64,000 nucleotides of DNA from the human T2T-CHM13v2.0 reference genome, Homo sapiens. Below, piece after piece: positions 1-12,930 of the stretch (position 1 is the first letter of the stretch; each line of letters starts with the position of its first letter). The translations under genes were made by a program, and so were the position numbers. Below the pieces are notes generated by a model. That model saw only the letters and a program-made list of their open reading frames with translations, did not search any database and was not told where the DNA came from. Location of the stretch: the NCBI RefSeq assembly GCF_009914755.1, contig NC_060935.1, one strand, 5' to 3'.

Positions 1-407
1 CAACTTATGATTTTTTGACTCTGTGATGGTGTGAAAGCAATATGCATGCAGTGAAAACTGTACTTCAAATTTTGAAGTTTGATCTTTTGCCAGGGTGGAG
101 ATATGCAGTATGATACTCTCTGCCAATGCTGGGCAGCAGCGGTGAGCCTTTCTGTTTTTCACTTTCACTACAGTATTCAATAAACTCCATGAGATATTCA
201 ACACTTTATTATGCAATAGGTTTTGTGTAAGATGACATTATTCAACTATAGGCTACTGCAAGTGTTCTGAGCATGTTTAACGTAGGCTAGGCTAAGCTAT
301 GACATTTGGGAGGTTAGGTGTATTAAATGCGCTTTCAACATAAATGCATTTTCAACTTAGGGAGGGTTTATCGGGATGCAGCTCTGTCGTCAGTTGAGGA
401 GTATCTG
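1..407 (-). mobile_element. MER47/Tigger5-derived DNA transposon (TcMar-Tigger), truncated by window start
   Basis: Matches recalled MER47 consensus in reverse (GTAGGCTAGGCTAAGCTATG...AGGTTAGGTGTATTAAATGC); ends in TIR-like GAGGAGTATCTG followed by TA at 408-409. Confidence 0.75.
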
Positions 408-699
408 TACTGTTCAAGTAAGCATGATGGTTTTGTTATAAAAAGGCCTTGCCCATGGGACATGGGATGTGGATGATGCCTTGAGCTGCCTTGCTAACAT
501 GGCACAGACACGTAAGCATTTCCCTACTCAGCACTGACCCCTGGTCAGGTCAAGAAACATACTGGATCATAGTGTTGCTCTGTAATCAGGGGTCGGAGAA
601 GTTTTGGGGCAGCTTGGACCAGCTTGTCAGCATTGTTTTTGGATAACAGTGAGATTGATGGTTTGCACTTGGTCTTGGTGAGACCCTTGAAAGGCATTG

Positions 700-960
700 T
701 TTAAGCTGGTTATGTAGCAGGTATCTTCCTACGTGACCAGCAAAATATGAATATGCTGAAGCTGAGAGTCTACCCTAGTTCCGAGGTGTTCCATTTGATG
801 ACAGGAGCTTGTACCTGTCTTCTCCAGCCTCCTGGCTGCAAGGTGTATCCTTACCCCAACACTGCTGCTACCTGTATCCTTTTCCTGTAATCAACTCTAG
901 ATGTGTAAGCATTGTCATTTTGGGTCCAGTGAATTTTCTTTAGTGATTGAGTCTATCTCA
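700..960 (+). mobile_element. Old ERVL-type LTR fragment (family uncertain)
   Basis: CCTACGTGACCAGC and TGTATCCTTTTCCTGTAAT motifs resemble old ERVL LTR 3' regions; weak recall only. Confidence 0.3.
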
Positions 961-989
961 ACCACTACTATTAAAGTTAAGCATCTATC

Positions 990-1110
990 TTCCATGTTTT
1001 ATAGGTGAGCAATGAAAACCCAGAGAGGTTTTCATTGACTTATCCACAGCCACAAGCATGTTAGTGGTAGAGCCCAGACTGAAACCAAAGGCTCAATTTT
1101 CAGCCCAGAG
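990..1110 (-). mobile_element. MIR SINE fragment
   Basis: CCATGTTTTATAGGTGAG...CAGAGAGGTT...CACAAGC...AGTGGTAGAGCC is the reverse MIR core. Confidence 0.65.
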
Positions 1111-1340
1111 CTATGATTCTGTTTCTTCCTCCTTACCTTGTTGTTTGGAGGTGAGTGGACACTTCCCAGGATGCCTAGAAGAACCAGGAAAGAGCATTGA
1201 CCACTAGGTAGGCATCAGAGTAACCGGAGAATTAACCCAAGATGAGGTGAGTTTGGAAACCAGAAAAGAGATGGTAAAACCCAAGACTCAGTGAGAACAG
1301 ATTGGGAAAGAGGCTCAGGACTGCATCTGTGAATGGTGAG

Positions 1341-1720
1341 TGTATCATTCAGGGTAGGATAAGTGCTGTAACAAACAACCCCCAAACCTCAGGCACTGAA
1401 TACAAGGAAAGTCTTTCTTGTTCATATCATAAGTCCAAGGCAGATCAGTGGGAGAGGGCAGTGCTGCTCCACGCAGTCACTCAGGGGACCCAGGCTCCTT
1501 CCATCTCATGGTTCTGCTCCCCTCTGGGTCCCTTTAGGCCTGCTTCATCCAGAGAAAATGTGGGGCAAGAGAGAACACTGATGTTCCAGCAGGCCAACCC
1601 AGGGAGCACCTCTGTTATGAACACCCTTGGTCTACATGTGAGTGTTAAGGGGTCAGGGAAGAGGAGGCTGACTTCCTTTCTTGCTGTTGGGTGGTGGAGA
1701 AGGGGCCTGAGCCAGTTCAC
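1341..1720 (-). mobile_element. MLT1 (J/K/L-like) MaLR LTR
   Basis: TGTATCATTCAGG...GCTGTAACAAACAACCCCCAAACCTCAG...GCAGTCACTCAGGGGACCCAGGCT, typical of old MLT1. Confidence 0.6.
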
Positions 1721-2239
1721 AGCTTTGTGCTTCTATGTCCCCAGGAGCTCTTCAGACATCTTGACTCCAGCACATAAGCTTTGACATGAGCTGTCTCAAA
1801 TCCCAAACATGCATTCAACCCAGGGTGTCCAGGCCCCTCTGGGCTCCTCCAGTGTCTGAACCCCACATCCCAAGCTCATCTAATTATACCCTTGGAGGAG
1901 CGCTTCACTGGTCTTGCAGATCACTTGTCATCCATCATAGCCTCGGGACAAATCACAGTCGGATATGAATTATGAGTTGTTCTTCCCCAGGATGGGCTGT
2001 TCTCCTACTTCAAAACACGTGTATTAATGGAAAAGACCCTGTTGGAAGTTGATTCCAGTAGCTTAAAAGCAGCAAGAAATGGACATTTGTATATAACTCA
2101 AGAGAGAACCTTTGCTGGAATTTTCCACCAGGGCTGGCAGTGGGACTCAGTGGGGCAGAGAGTAAAGGCTCAGAGTCAGCCTGGGAAGAGTTCCTGGATG
2201 AGACATCTCAGAACACAGTATCTCTGGTATGGGAGGAAC

Positions 2240-2425
2240 ACAAGCCTTGGGGCGAGACATCTCTGGCTTCTACTTCATGTGACAATGCTGTGTGACATTG
2301 GGCAAGTCAACCCACCTCTCATCTGTAAAATGGGTCTAATCACAGTACCTTTCTCAGGAATGTTGTGAGCTTTCGTCACATAACGCACTAAGGCACCATG
2401 CCTGGCACCCATGAGGCATCAGTAA
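2240..2425 (+). mobile_element. MIR SINE
   Basis: GCTGTGTGACATTGGGCAAGTC...CTCATCTGTAAAATGGG...GCCTGGCAC. Confidence 0.75.
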
Positions 2426-3014
2426 CTGGTCCCTCCCCTGCCCTCCCTCCCCTGCCCTTGAACCCTTTGTGATAAGGGGAGCCCAGAGCCCTTAAATCAT
2501 TAAAAGGAGTCCTGCAGGAACGTGCTACTCTTCTGGGAGCTGAGGTTGTTATGTGTCTATACAAGAGTGTGAGATGAAGCTTCCACACCTTGTTCTGGAG
2601 GTCTGAGGCCAGGAAGTGGGCAAGGTTTGGAAGCTTGATTTTGCAATGAGCTCCTCCATTTCTTAACTATTTTTTCACCCAGCCTGGGAAAGCTTGGGCT
2701 TGTAAAATGCACTTATTAGTCGAAATGATCTAAATCTAATCTAATTCTCCCAAGGAAACGATGTAATGATGTTCCTCACTAAAGACCTGATGCTCAACAT
2801 TTTATAAAATGACCACAAACATCTTTGTTAATCACCTTTAAACGGCATACCTGTGCTTTGGGCAGCAGCAAGCTTTCAGAAGTGCTTCTAAATCAATTGA
2901 ACAGGGCGACGTTAGTAAGCACTCACATAAAATACTGTTTAATATGAAACAGAGTACAAAAAGGTCCTCATCAAAGTTCTTGTTAATTTTCGCCTCATTT
3001 TCTCTGCAGTGACT

Positions 3015-3195
3015 AATAACACCTAACATTTATTGCGTGCTCACCATGTGCCAGGCACTGCTCCAAGCTCTTTACAGACATCATGTCATTAAGCCCAGCC
3101 CAACCACACAATGAAGACTGGGGCCCAGAGAGGTAAAGGGTCCTTCCTATAGTCACACAGGTAGGAAGTGACAGAGCCAGGCTTTGAACTCAGAT
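3015..3195 (-). mobile_element. MIR SINE
   Basis: AACATTTATTGCGTGCTCACCATGTGCCAGGCACTG...CCCAGAGAGGTAAAG...GTCACACAG. Confidence 0.75.
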
Positions 3196-3329
3196 GATAA
3201 CAGTATAGAATATATCAGAAGGGTCATCTTTCAGAAAGACTTCTCTGGCCAGATTTGGCAGATGACTTGAGGGGATATTTGGGGACAAGGGCTCCCTAGC
3301 TGGTTGGCTTTGAAAAATATCATTCAATT

Positions 3330-3780
3330 ATATTTGCTTAATGCCTTTCTGTTCATTTCTACATTTGATCAGCCCCATCCTAGGCACCAAGGGCATTTGA
3401 GAGCTTATCCCTTTCCCGTAGGGGAGATAGATGAATGATCCATTCCAAACCAGGAGAAAATCACAGTAGAAATACACCCCATGTTTGACATGGTATGGGG
3501 AGGAAATGATTGGTCTCGGGAAGTCTGAGAAAAAAAGTGATTTCTGGGAAGGATTTTGGAAAATCTAAGAGGAATTTTCCAGGCAAAGAGAAAAATGCAT
3601 CCTAGCCAGAGGTATTCATGGAGGCACAAGAACTAGGTGGAATGAGTGTAGACCCACAAGAGGTTTGGTGTGGCTGAAGCACAAAGCGTGAATTGTCAGG
3701 GGTGGAGAAGGGGTGTACCAAGAAGTTGTCCTGAAACCCGCAGAGTTTTGCAGACCATTCAAAGACATTGGGACTCTGTC
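3330..3780 (-). mobile_element. L2 LINE fragment
   Basis: Purine-rich reverse L2 3' region (TCCTAGGCACC...TTCCAGGCAAAGAGAA...GGCTGAAGCAC). Confidence 0.45.
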
Positions 3781-3797
3781 TCCCAGGGGAGGAATAC

Positions 3798-4140
3798 TGT
3801 ATCAGTCAGGACTCTTATAGTTACCAATAACAGAAATCCAATTCAAATGGTCTTGGTCTTGAAAAGTTTTGACTCATGTAACTAAAACCATCAATGTGAA
3901 CTGCATTCAGGCGTGGCTGGCTCCAGGTGTTCAAATGATATCATCCGAAGTCTATCTCCCTTTATCCCTTAACTATGGTTCCTCTGGCTTAATCCTCAGG
4001 CAGTCTCTTTCAAGTGGTGACAAAGATGAGCTCCAGCAGCTCTAGGGTTACATCCAACCAACTGGGCAATCCCAGAGAAAGAAAGTGCATTGTTCTTGGT
4101 AGTTCCAACTAAAGCCCTGGGGCAGATGTCACTTAGATCT
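3798..4140 (-). mobile_element. MLT1K/J-like MaLR LTR
   Basis: TGTATCAGTCAGGACTCTT...AACAGAAATCCAATTCAAATGG...TTCAGGCGTGGCTGGCTCCAGG. Confidence 0.65.
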
Positions 4141-4422
4141 AACTGCCTACCTAAGTGGCTTATACTGCCACTGAGGAACAAACTCCAGATGTCCAGAGAC
4201 CCTGGGGTCCTGGTCTACCCCTGACACAACTGAGTGGCCTTGGGTGAGTTCTTCTACTCTGTGGGTCTCGCTCTCCTCTTCTGGGGACAGGTAGACTTGA
4301 GGATCTCTAAGGCTCTTTCTGGGTCTAACCTTCCAGTCTGCCTGGAGCCTGCCAGCTCCAACTGCTGTCTGTGGGGCATGATGGTGTCTGCATAAGCATC
4401 TGAAAACCCACAGCTGTCCCCA

Positions 4423-4576
4423 GGGAAGGTGGTGGGCTTACCTGGCACCCTCCACACCTCCTTGCTCTTTCTCTTTGTGACCCAGTAACACAGGATGATG
4501 GGAAGGTGGTGGGCTTACCTGACACCCTCCACACCTCCTTGCTCTTTCTCTTTGTGACCCAGTAACACAGGATGAT
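4423..4576. repeat. 77-bp tandem duplication (2 copies)
   Basis: 4423-4499 and 4500-4576 are identical except G4445/A4522. Confidence 0.97.
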
Positions 4577-5384
4577 TGGAGGGTGCCTTGACTGGTTTGG
4601 GGAGGGGAAGCAGGTATAGCCACTCCTTCCCCAAGGCCCTCAGAGAATGGGCTTTAAGACCAACAGCACCATGTGTCAGCCCACTATGCTACCAGCTGCC
4701 AGCTTGGGGGTGTGCAGGTGAGACAGCCTGCCCCAATGCAGGGCAATTTAATAATCACAGGAAGATGGTTTCACCAGGAAGTATGACTGTTTAATCCTTA
4801 AATTGAATTTTATGTGATTTTTTTCTCTCCTTGAATTCCCATGGTACTTAATTCTAGTGCTAATCTCCAACCCTGACTCTAATTTATGATCTGGGTCACA
4901 GTTGCATTTTATCAGACAGCGGAAAGGCTGCTCACACATGACTTCATGGTTGTGGGCAGCCATTCTCTGCCCCAACAGGCATGTCCTTACTGGAGGCGGC
5001 TCTGTCCCTGGCTCACTAGGCCTCCTCTCTTCCCTGACTCTAATCTTTCTTGTTCTCCATTCCACCTCTGGTCAGGACAACGTCTGATGCTCATTTGTAT
5101 TATCTGGCCCTTCCCAGTGCCCTTTACCTCCAGGGGGTACTGTCCTCATTTGTCACCCTTGTTCTCAGGGCAGGGAGCAGAGAGAGGCTCTCAGTTGGAG
5201 AACAACTGCTAACGAAGGGCCTCCCCCAGATGCCGCATTTGGAGAGTAAAGAAAGATATCTATCCCTCACGGTCCTCCCCGTCTCCTCTCGTACACACCT
5301 TGTGCTAGGGACAAGATGCTTGCCCATTGTCAAGGGCAGTCTGGCACCATCAAGACCTTTCTTGTGCCAAGAACTAGGCACTCT

Positions 5385-5530
5385 CTTGTTTTTCCTTTCT
5401 TCCCTCCCTCTCCTCCCTTCCTTCCTTCCTCCCTCCTTCCTTCCTCCCCTCCTCTCTCTTCCTTCCTTCCTCCCTTCCTCTTTCCTCTCTTCCTCTCTTC
5501 CTTCATTCCTTCCTTTCTCTGGCTCTCTTT
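5385..5530. repeat. CT-rich (CCTT)n-like polypyrimidine low-complexity tract
   Basis: ~140 nt almost entirely C/T. Confidence 0.9.
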
Positions 5531-5549
5531 TTCTACCCCACTTCCTTGT

Positions 5550-5900
5550 ATTTACCCAAATATTTACTGAGCGTCTACTTTGTGCTGGTCCTTGTGTCAG
5601 GTGCTGGGGATCCCACAAGCAAGACTAGCAAGGCCTCTGCCCTCCTACAGCTGGAACGCAGGAGAGATGGGCAACAAACTTGTGAACCAGCCCTCACCTC
5701 CATGAAGGTGCCAATGGGGGACTTGTTACCCCTGAAATAGTGACATTTGAGCCATGACCTGAAGGACAGAAAGGCTCAAGAGCAGAGGGAGGGATTCTAG
5801 GCAGAGGAGTGGCCGGTGCAGGAGCTCTAAGCCAGGACAGGACTTGGCTTGTGTGAGGAGTAGAGGGAAGTCAGTGCAGCTCAGGCAGAGTGGGCAAGGG
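5550..5900 (-). mobile_element. L2 LINE 3' fragment
   Basis: CAAATATTTACTGAGCGTCTACTTTGTGC...GGTGCTGGGGAT...GTGACATTTGAGC...GACCTGAAGGA. Confidence 0.7.
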
Positions 5901-6619
5901 GGAAGGTGACCTGAGCAGAAGTCAGAGTAGTGGGCAGGAGACAGAGAAGAAGGAGGTCAGAGTTCACAACAAGTCAGATGACATCTATGCTGCCCTCCTT
6001 GTCCTTTCTCCTTTCTCCCAAGTGTCATCATCTGAGACCCTACGAAGTGCCCCCACCCTGGCACTTTGGGAAACTGGAAACCACGTTGGGGCTAAGGCTG
6101 GATTTCTCTCTGGAAAGCCCAGGTGAGGGCTCCACACCTAGCCTGGTGAGCAGAGAAACATTCTGCCCTTGAGCTTCCTCTCTAGAAGGACAGGGCAGAG
6201 TTCCAGAGTGGGCTGTGGGAGGCCTTACACACAGACAGAGGGAACAGCGCATGTGAAGGCCTCGAGGCGTGGGGCCTGTAAGGAGAAACTCCAGTCACTC
6301 ATTCTGCTCTGGGGTGGTGCCACCAAGAAAAGCTGCTTTCTGGGTCTTTCCATTAGATGACGGCGGCAGCAGAGGGAGGAGGAGTGAGAGAAAGGTGGGG
6401 AGAAAGGGGGAAGTATTGGCAGGGTGGCTGGAGCTAGAGGTCGGGCAATGAGCCCAAGCTACTGAGAACCAAGGAGGAAACTGCCCCAGAAGCTGCCACC
6501 TGGCCCTGACCCTAAGAATACACTTGGGGCTCATTGGACCAGGGTGAAGAAGGCTGGATCACTCCTGCTCTGAGCCTCTCACCCATAGCATCACTGGTTG
6601 GTCCTGGGACTGCAGATCC

Positions 6620-6790
6620 AAGCTGGGTCCTGCCATGGCTGCATACAGGCTGAGTGACCTTGGACATGCCACTGGACCATGCCGTGCCTCAGTTTCTCCA
6701 TATGAACACATAGGGGCATCTCTCTACTTCAGGGGACTATTGAATCCATGAGCAAATTCAGGCAAAGGGCTTAGCAAATGCTACTACCAT
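6620..6790 (+). mobile_element. MIR SINE
   Basis: GTGACCTTGGAC...GTGCCTCAGTTTCTCCAT. Confidence 0.65.
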
Positions 6791-6939
6791 TAGGCTGGCA
6801 GGTGAATAAGGTAACTACGGCCCCTCAGGCAAGAACGCAAAGCAATATGTGCCTGGATGGGCGGGATGAACAGAGTGGTGTAGGAGACCAGTAGCCCCTA
6901 GCTAACCTGAAGACCCCAGAGTGGGAGTTGGGAGTTAAG

Positions 6940-7200
6940 GGAGGCTTCTTGGAGGAAGTAATGTGGAGTAGGCCTTGAAGGCTGAGCAGAATTTCATTTG
7001 CAGAAGGTAGCAGTATGGGCCAGCCAGAGGAACAGGCACAGCTTTGTGTTTGGGGAAGAGAAAATGGTCCCACAGAATGGACAAGACAGGCTGGCAGGCA
7101 GGGTAGGACAGAGGGACAGGATGAGGTGGGATAGGTAGGTGGGGACCACATAGCGCCAGCCCAGAGTGTCATCCTAAGGAGGCTGACTTTATGCTTAGAC
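6940..7200 (-). mobile_element. L2 fragment
   Basis: AGGGAGGCTTCTTGGAGGAAG...GGCCTTGAAGG. Confidence 0.55.
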
Positions 7201-7699
7201 TAGGAATAATGTTCTTTCCTCTCAAAGCTGGGAAGTGAGTGACATAATGAGATCAGATGTAAATTTGCAAGGCTCTCTTTGGCAAATGACTTGGGGGTGG
7301 GAATGAAGCTGCCGGGAGGAGGCTGGGGCTGCGGGAAGGAGGCTGGGGCTGCCTTGGGACCACAAAGAAGGGAAACCCGGAAACCCCAGTGTTCAGGCCT
7401 TGGTGAGGAGCAGATGCTTCCCTGAGAGTTGACATCCTGGTGCTAGTCCCTTATGTGCAGTTAACTTTCTGGGTGACCTTGGGCAAGTCACTTTCCCTCT
7501 CTGGGTCTCCACGCACCCTCATCTGTATAATGAGCACACTGGACTAAGTCCATGCTGCCAGTTCCTGCAGCAGCATGGGGCTCTCAAATTCAGATGGCCC
7601 CCAGGGAACCAGCAGGAAATGTAACTAAGAAAAGAGAGGCATTGGGAAAGGTGGGAGGTGTGGGTCCCTGGAGAAAACTCCAAAGAGGGGGCTATTGCC

Positions 7700-7907
7700 G
7701 TGGAGCAGGGTAGGATGAGTATTAGAGTTGCTGACAATTCTTCAAATATTTTTAAAGAGAAGCTGAAAAGTCAATTTTTTTCCTTAAGACATATCTGACT
7801 TTTAAACATTAGCTCAATTCTTTAAAAGAAAAAAGTCACCACTTGGGTCATCCCAGACTCATCTACTGGCCGGGGGCTACTCACAGCCTACCAGTTTGAG
7901 ACCCTGT
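7700..7907. mobile_element. MER103-like hAT-Charlie DNA transposon
   Basis: Terminus CAGCCTACCAGTTTGAGACCCTG; internal TTTTAAAGAGAAGCTGAAAAGTC. Confidence 0.5.
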
Positions 7908-8339
7908 GTTGTAACGTTTCTGGAAAGGTGAGACAGCAGATAAAGAGGAGGGGGCTCTTGCAGGGGAGTCGTGGGCACCCAAGATTAAGGACAGGCTGGT
8001 GCCTCCTTGCAGCAACCGTCTCTGCCTGCTCTCAGCCCACAGTCTCTTCTGAGCTCACTCAGGAACCGGGAGTCTGTTTTCATTAGAAGCAGAACACTGA
8101 ACCGGCCCTGAAGGCATGTAAACCAGCTCCCCTGTCCAGGAGGCTTTTAGATATACCTTGTAAACTTGCCTTTCAGACCTGACAAGAGGCAGCCTTGTCA
8201 GGAGAGAGGATGGCGAGCAGAAGGCTTCGGTCCTGCCTTTATCAATCAGGTGCCAGCGGCGGGAGGAAGTGGAGGGAAAGAGGAAGATTCCAGGAGGCAG
8301 GATTCAGCAGCCCCGAGGTGGTGTCAAGGGCAGAGACCT

Positions 8340-8620
8340 GAGATCGTAGTCACTTTTCTGGCCACTGCTGGCTGTGTCACTCTGAGTAAGTCACTTAACC
8401 CTCTGAACCTCTGCTGCTTCCATCGAAATGCAAGGATAATAAAACCACCTCGCATGGCTGGTTACACAATCACCTAGGGCTGGGTACTACCATTATTTCC
8501 ACTCTATACAGGAGGGGGCTGGATTCCGGAACTTGCTCAGGGTCAATACAGTCAGTAAAGGCAGAGGTGAGACTTCAACCCAGGCACTCTGGCTCCAGGG
8601 CCCACACCTTCAACCAATAC
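8340..8620. mobile_element. Two MIR fragments (+ then -)
   Basis: GCTGTGTCACTCTGAGTAAGTCACTTAACCCTCTGAACCTC (+); CAGGGTCAATACAGTCAGTAAAGGCAGAG...TTCAACCCAGGC (-). Confidence 0.6.
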
Positions 8621-8779
8621 ACTGAGAGGCTAGAGGAGAAATGAGAAGGAGCTTTGGACCAGGAACCACGGCTGCCTAGGAACCTGCTGGGTGGCCTTGA
8701 ACAGCCCTTTCCGCTCTCTAGGCTTCAAAATGGAGGTGGCTGTTCAACCTCTGGAATCCTCCAGCTCTGAGGATCTTAC

Positions 8780-9160
8780 TCAACACATACTCATTTATCA
8801 CTTTCTCTGCATTAAGGCCTTGGAGAGAGAGACAGCAGAAAACAAGACAGACAGACAGACGAGGTCCCTGAGCTCTTGGAGTTTACATTCTGGGTCTCGA
8901 TGCAGGGGTGAGGAGACAAGTGCAAAGATGAAGGATGCTTCCCAGGCAGTGATGTGTTTTGAAGCAAACAAAGCAGGGTGGTATCGGAGTGATGGGAGGT
9001 GGGCATGGCAGAGCAGGCAACTTTAGATTGGGGGGTCATAGGAAGCGTGTTCGGAAGGGGGCAGTTAAACCCCTATGTGGATGGTGAGGATGACTCAGCC
9101 TCTTACAGACTGGAATCAAGGGAATCATTCCAGACAGGGGAACAGCAGGGGCAAGCTCAG
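8780..9160 (-). mobile_element. L2 fragment
   Basis: AACAAGACAGAC...GGTCCCTGAGCTCTTGGAGTTTACATTCT...CATTCCAGACAGGGGAACAGC. Confidence 0.65.
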
Positions 9161-9777
9161 TGTTTTCAAGGACGGGAGAGAAGCTGATGCAATGTTAGGA
9201 GTCTGTGAACCCTTCCTGTCCTCCCCTGCCCCCTGCTCTGGAGGCCAAGGGGCAGGCAGCCCAAGGAAGAGAGAGATGGTGCCAGCCTTGAGTTCTCCCA
9301 TAAACTTGGAGGACTGGCCCTTTAATAATCCCAGGTGGGCACTCAGCGCAATTGCAGTTTGAAGATCCCAGCTTGCTTAGCACAAGTGGAAAATTACCTT
9401 AGCATCTATTCTGTATTGCCTTTTGATCCCGATTTCATCATTCAGATGTACAGCAGTGCGTTTTCAATGGGTACAATTTAATTAGGCTCAATTTGTATAA
9501 CTAAATTATTAAAGACTCATTTAGAAAGAGTTTCAAGTCCAAGGTTCACTGGGCTCCACCGTTTGCTTGAAAACACCATTTGGAATAGAGCCGCTGATGA
9601 CTCTGGATTCTGGAGTGTTCCCCTCCTCCACCTCCAGCAGCCTGGGCCTGGCTTGTCATTTAATTTCCATCTCATTTAATAGGATGTCTTTTGCATATCT
9701 CTGGGTCCTGGAGCCTCTGACAGGTGTCTCCTGTAATTACATAGAGGTTCCTTTTATACTCCTTTAGTCAGTCATCA

Positions 9778-10182
<405 letters not shown>

Positions 10183-10512
10183 TTATATCCTAGAAGGGAG
10201 TGGAGAGGGAGCAAATTCAGGATCCCATTTTCATCCTCATTAAATCCTGTGAGGTGGACAAGGAATGGCCCTCAGCCCCATTAGCAGATGAGGACTGCAA
10301 GGGTTTGAACTCAGAATTCTGGGCTAGCTCTGCTTCATCGCGATCTTTCTTCCTTTGTGGATGGGATGCGAGCATACTTGCCAAGGCAGAAGTCGAGGCC
10401 AGAAAGGATTGGGTGGGGCCGGGGTCCTGAGAAAAACAGCTGGGAATAGACTGCTTGCAGATATCAGACCTGGAGGCCCAAATCCTCCGAATGATGAACT
10501 GGGGGTAGGGGA

Positions 10513-11010
10513 TGTATTAGTCAGGGTTCTCCAGAGAAACTGAATGAAGAGCCAACACACATATACACACATTTGGAGAGAGAGAGAAAATTTTATTATA
10601 AGGAATCAGCTCACACAATTATGGAGGCTGAGAAGTCCCAAGATTCGCCGCAGTCAGCAAGCTGAAGACCTAATAGAGCCGATGGTGTAGTTCAAAGCCA
10701 GTAGGCTGAAGACCAAAGAAGAGCTGATGTTTCTGTTCAAGTCCAAAGGCAAGAAAAGACAGATGTCCCCATTCAAGGCCATCAGGCAGCAGGAGTTCCC
10801 TCTTATTCAGCCCTTTTGTTCTACTCAGGTCTTCAATTGATTGGATGAGGCCCATTCGCATTGGGGAGGACAATCTTCTCTATTCAGTCTACCCATTCAA
10901 ATATTAATCTCCTCCTGAACCACCCTCGCAGACGTATCCAGAATAATGTCTGACCAAATGCCTGGGCACCCTGTGGTCCAGTCAAGTTGACACATAAAAT
11001 TAACCATCAC
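10513..11010 (-). mobile_element. MLT2 (ERVL) solo LTR
   Basis: TGTATTAGTCAGGGTTCTCCAGAGAAAC...GTCAAGTTGACACATAAAATTAACCATCAC termini. Confidence 0.9.
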
Positions 11011-11139
11011 GAGGAGAGAAAGAGAGAGGCAGAGGGAGAGGAAGAGAAAGAGAAAGAGAAAGGCATTGCTAGCTATAGACCAAATGGTGGCTGGGGAGAG
11101 AAGGAAGCTCACGTTTCATTTCATTTCAGAGCCACACCA

Positions 11140-11230
11140 TGAAATATGGGTCAGTATCCCCATTTTAGAGTTGGGGAAACTGAGGCTAAGTGATTTACCC
11201 AGGGGGGACCCACAGCTGGTGACCCCATGC
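11140..11230 (-). mobile_element. MIR fragment
   Basis: ATCCCCATTTTAGAGTTGGGGAAACTGAGGCT. Confidence 0.7.
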
Positions 11231-12212
11231 CATCTTGTCCCTGGGTAAGATTTGCATCGGTGGAGAAAGGGTGAGGATGCTGCCCACGGGCCTATCCCCT
11301 AGGTTCTAACTCTTATTTTTGGTAGTATCTTATGTACTTCCAGGGCAGATCAGAATCTGACCGAATGGCTGCTAGCCTGCCTGGTACTGCAGGTGTTGAG
11401 GGAAGGTGACATTGCTGTCAGCACCACGCATAATGGAGTCTTCAAGGCCTCCCATAGTCCTCTGCTTCAAAGCTGCTGAGAGCCTTGGAGTAAGGTGCAG
11501 GACACCAGCTCTGCCTCTGAGTCCCTGTGTGGACTTGAATAACATCCCTTCCCTTCTCTGGACTCAAGTTCCTCATCATTAGAGCAGGAAGGGAGGACCA
11601 GAAGATGCCTAAGATCCAGCAGAACCTTTGGAGAGGCTCCATGACTCCAAGCTGGGTCTGTTGTTTGCCAGGGCTCCCTTTAGCCTCTGGGATCCCCAAG
11701 TCTATCAGGGCTGCTCTGACAAGGCCTCCAACCAGAAGGTTCCACTCGCCTCTCTGAAGGAAATGGACATTGGAGTCCCTGGGCCACACCAGGGCCACAG
11801 CAGAGCCATGGACAAGGAGGTATTGGCTCAGATGCTGGTGAGGAGGTGACTCACCCATGCCCTGCTCCGCTTCGCATGCCACCATCAGCCTGGGGGATGT
11901 GCCTGGTCATGGCAGCACCCATTCAAACATAAAGGCTTCTCCTCTCTTGCCTCCCACCTGAAGAACATTCCCCAGTGACCCACATCCAAGTCAGTGCCTT
12001 CAGTGCTGAGGGTTGAGGGAGAGAAGTCAGATATATCACTTGTGATCCAAGAAAGAAATTGGGAGAAGTTTGGAACTGGTAGGCCTGATGGAACCAGAGA
12101 AAGAGCTAGAAGACAGGGAATGGCCCCCAGGATCAATCCCAGTCCAGTTCCTCATTCTCTGTGTGACCTTGAACAAGTCACTGTCCTCAGATTTTTCATC
12201 TATAAAGTAGGA

Positions 12213-12930
<718 letters not shown>

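Noticed and set aside
2762-2792. ATGATG...CTGA resembling C/D snoRNA boxes
   Set aside because: C box imperfect, boxes only ~20 nt apart, no terminal stem
5050-5628. 192-aa (+) and 164-aa (-) ORFs
   Set aside because: Kept open by the stop-free CT-rich tract; low-complexity translation with no recognisable domain
6490-6510. CTCF-like cores (also ~13605, 18703, 63884)
   Set aside because: Only partial matches to the core; cannot be supported without PWM scoring or ChIP data
11849-11960. Consensus - strand splice donor (G|GTGAGT) suggesting an exon; similar isolated donors at ~1246, 47068, 58045, 63077
   Set aside because: No convincing acceptor or coding frame; such hexamers are expected by chance in 64 kb
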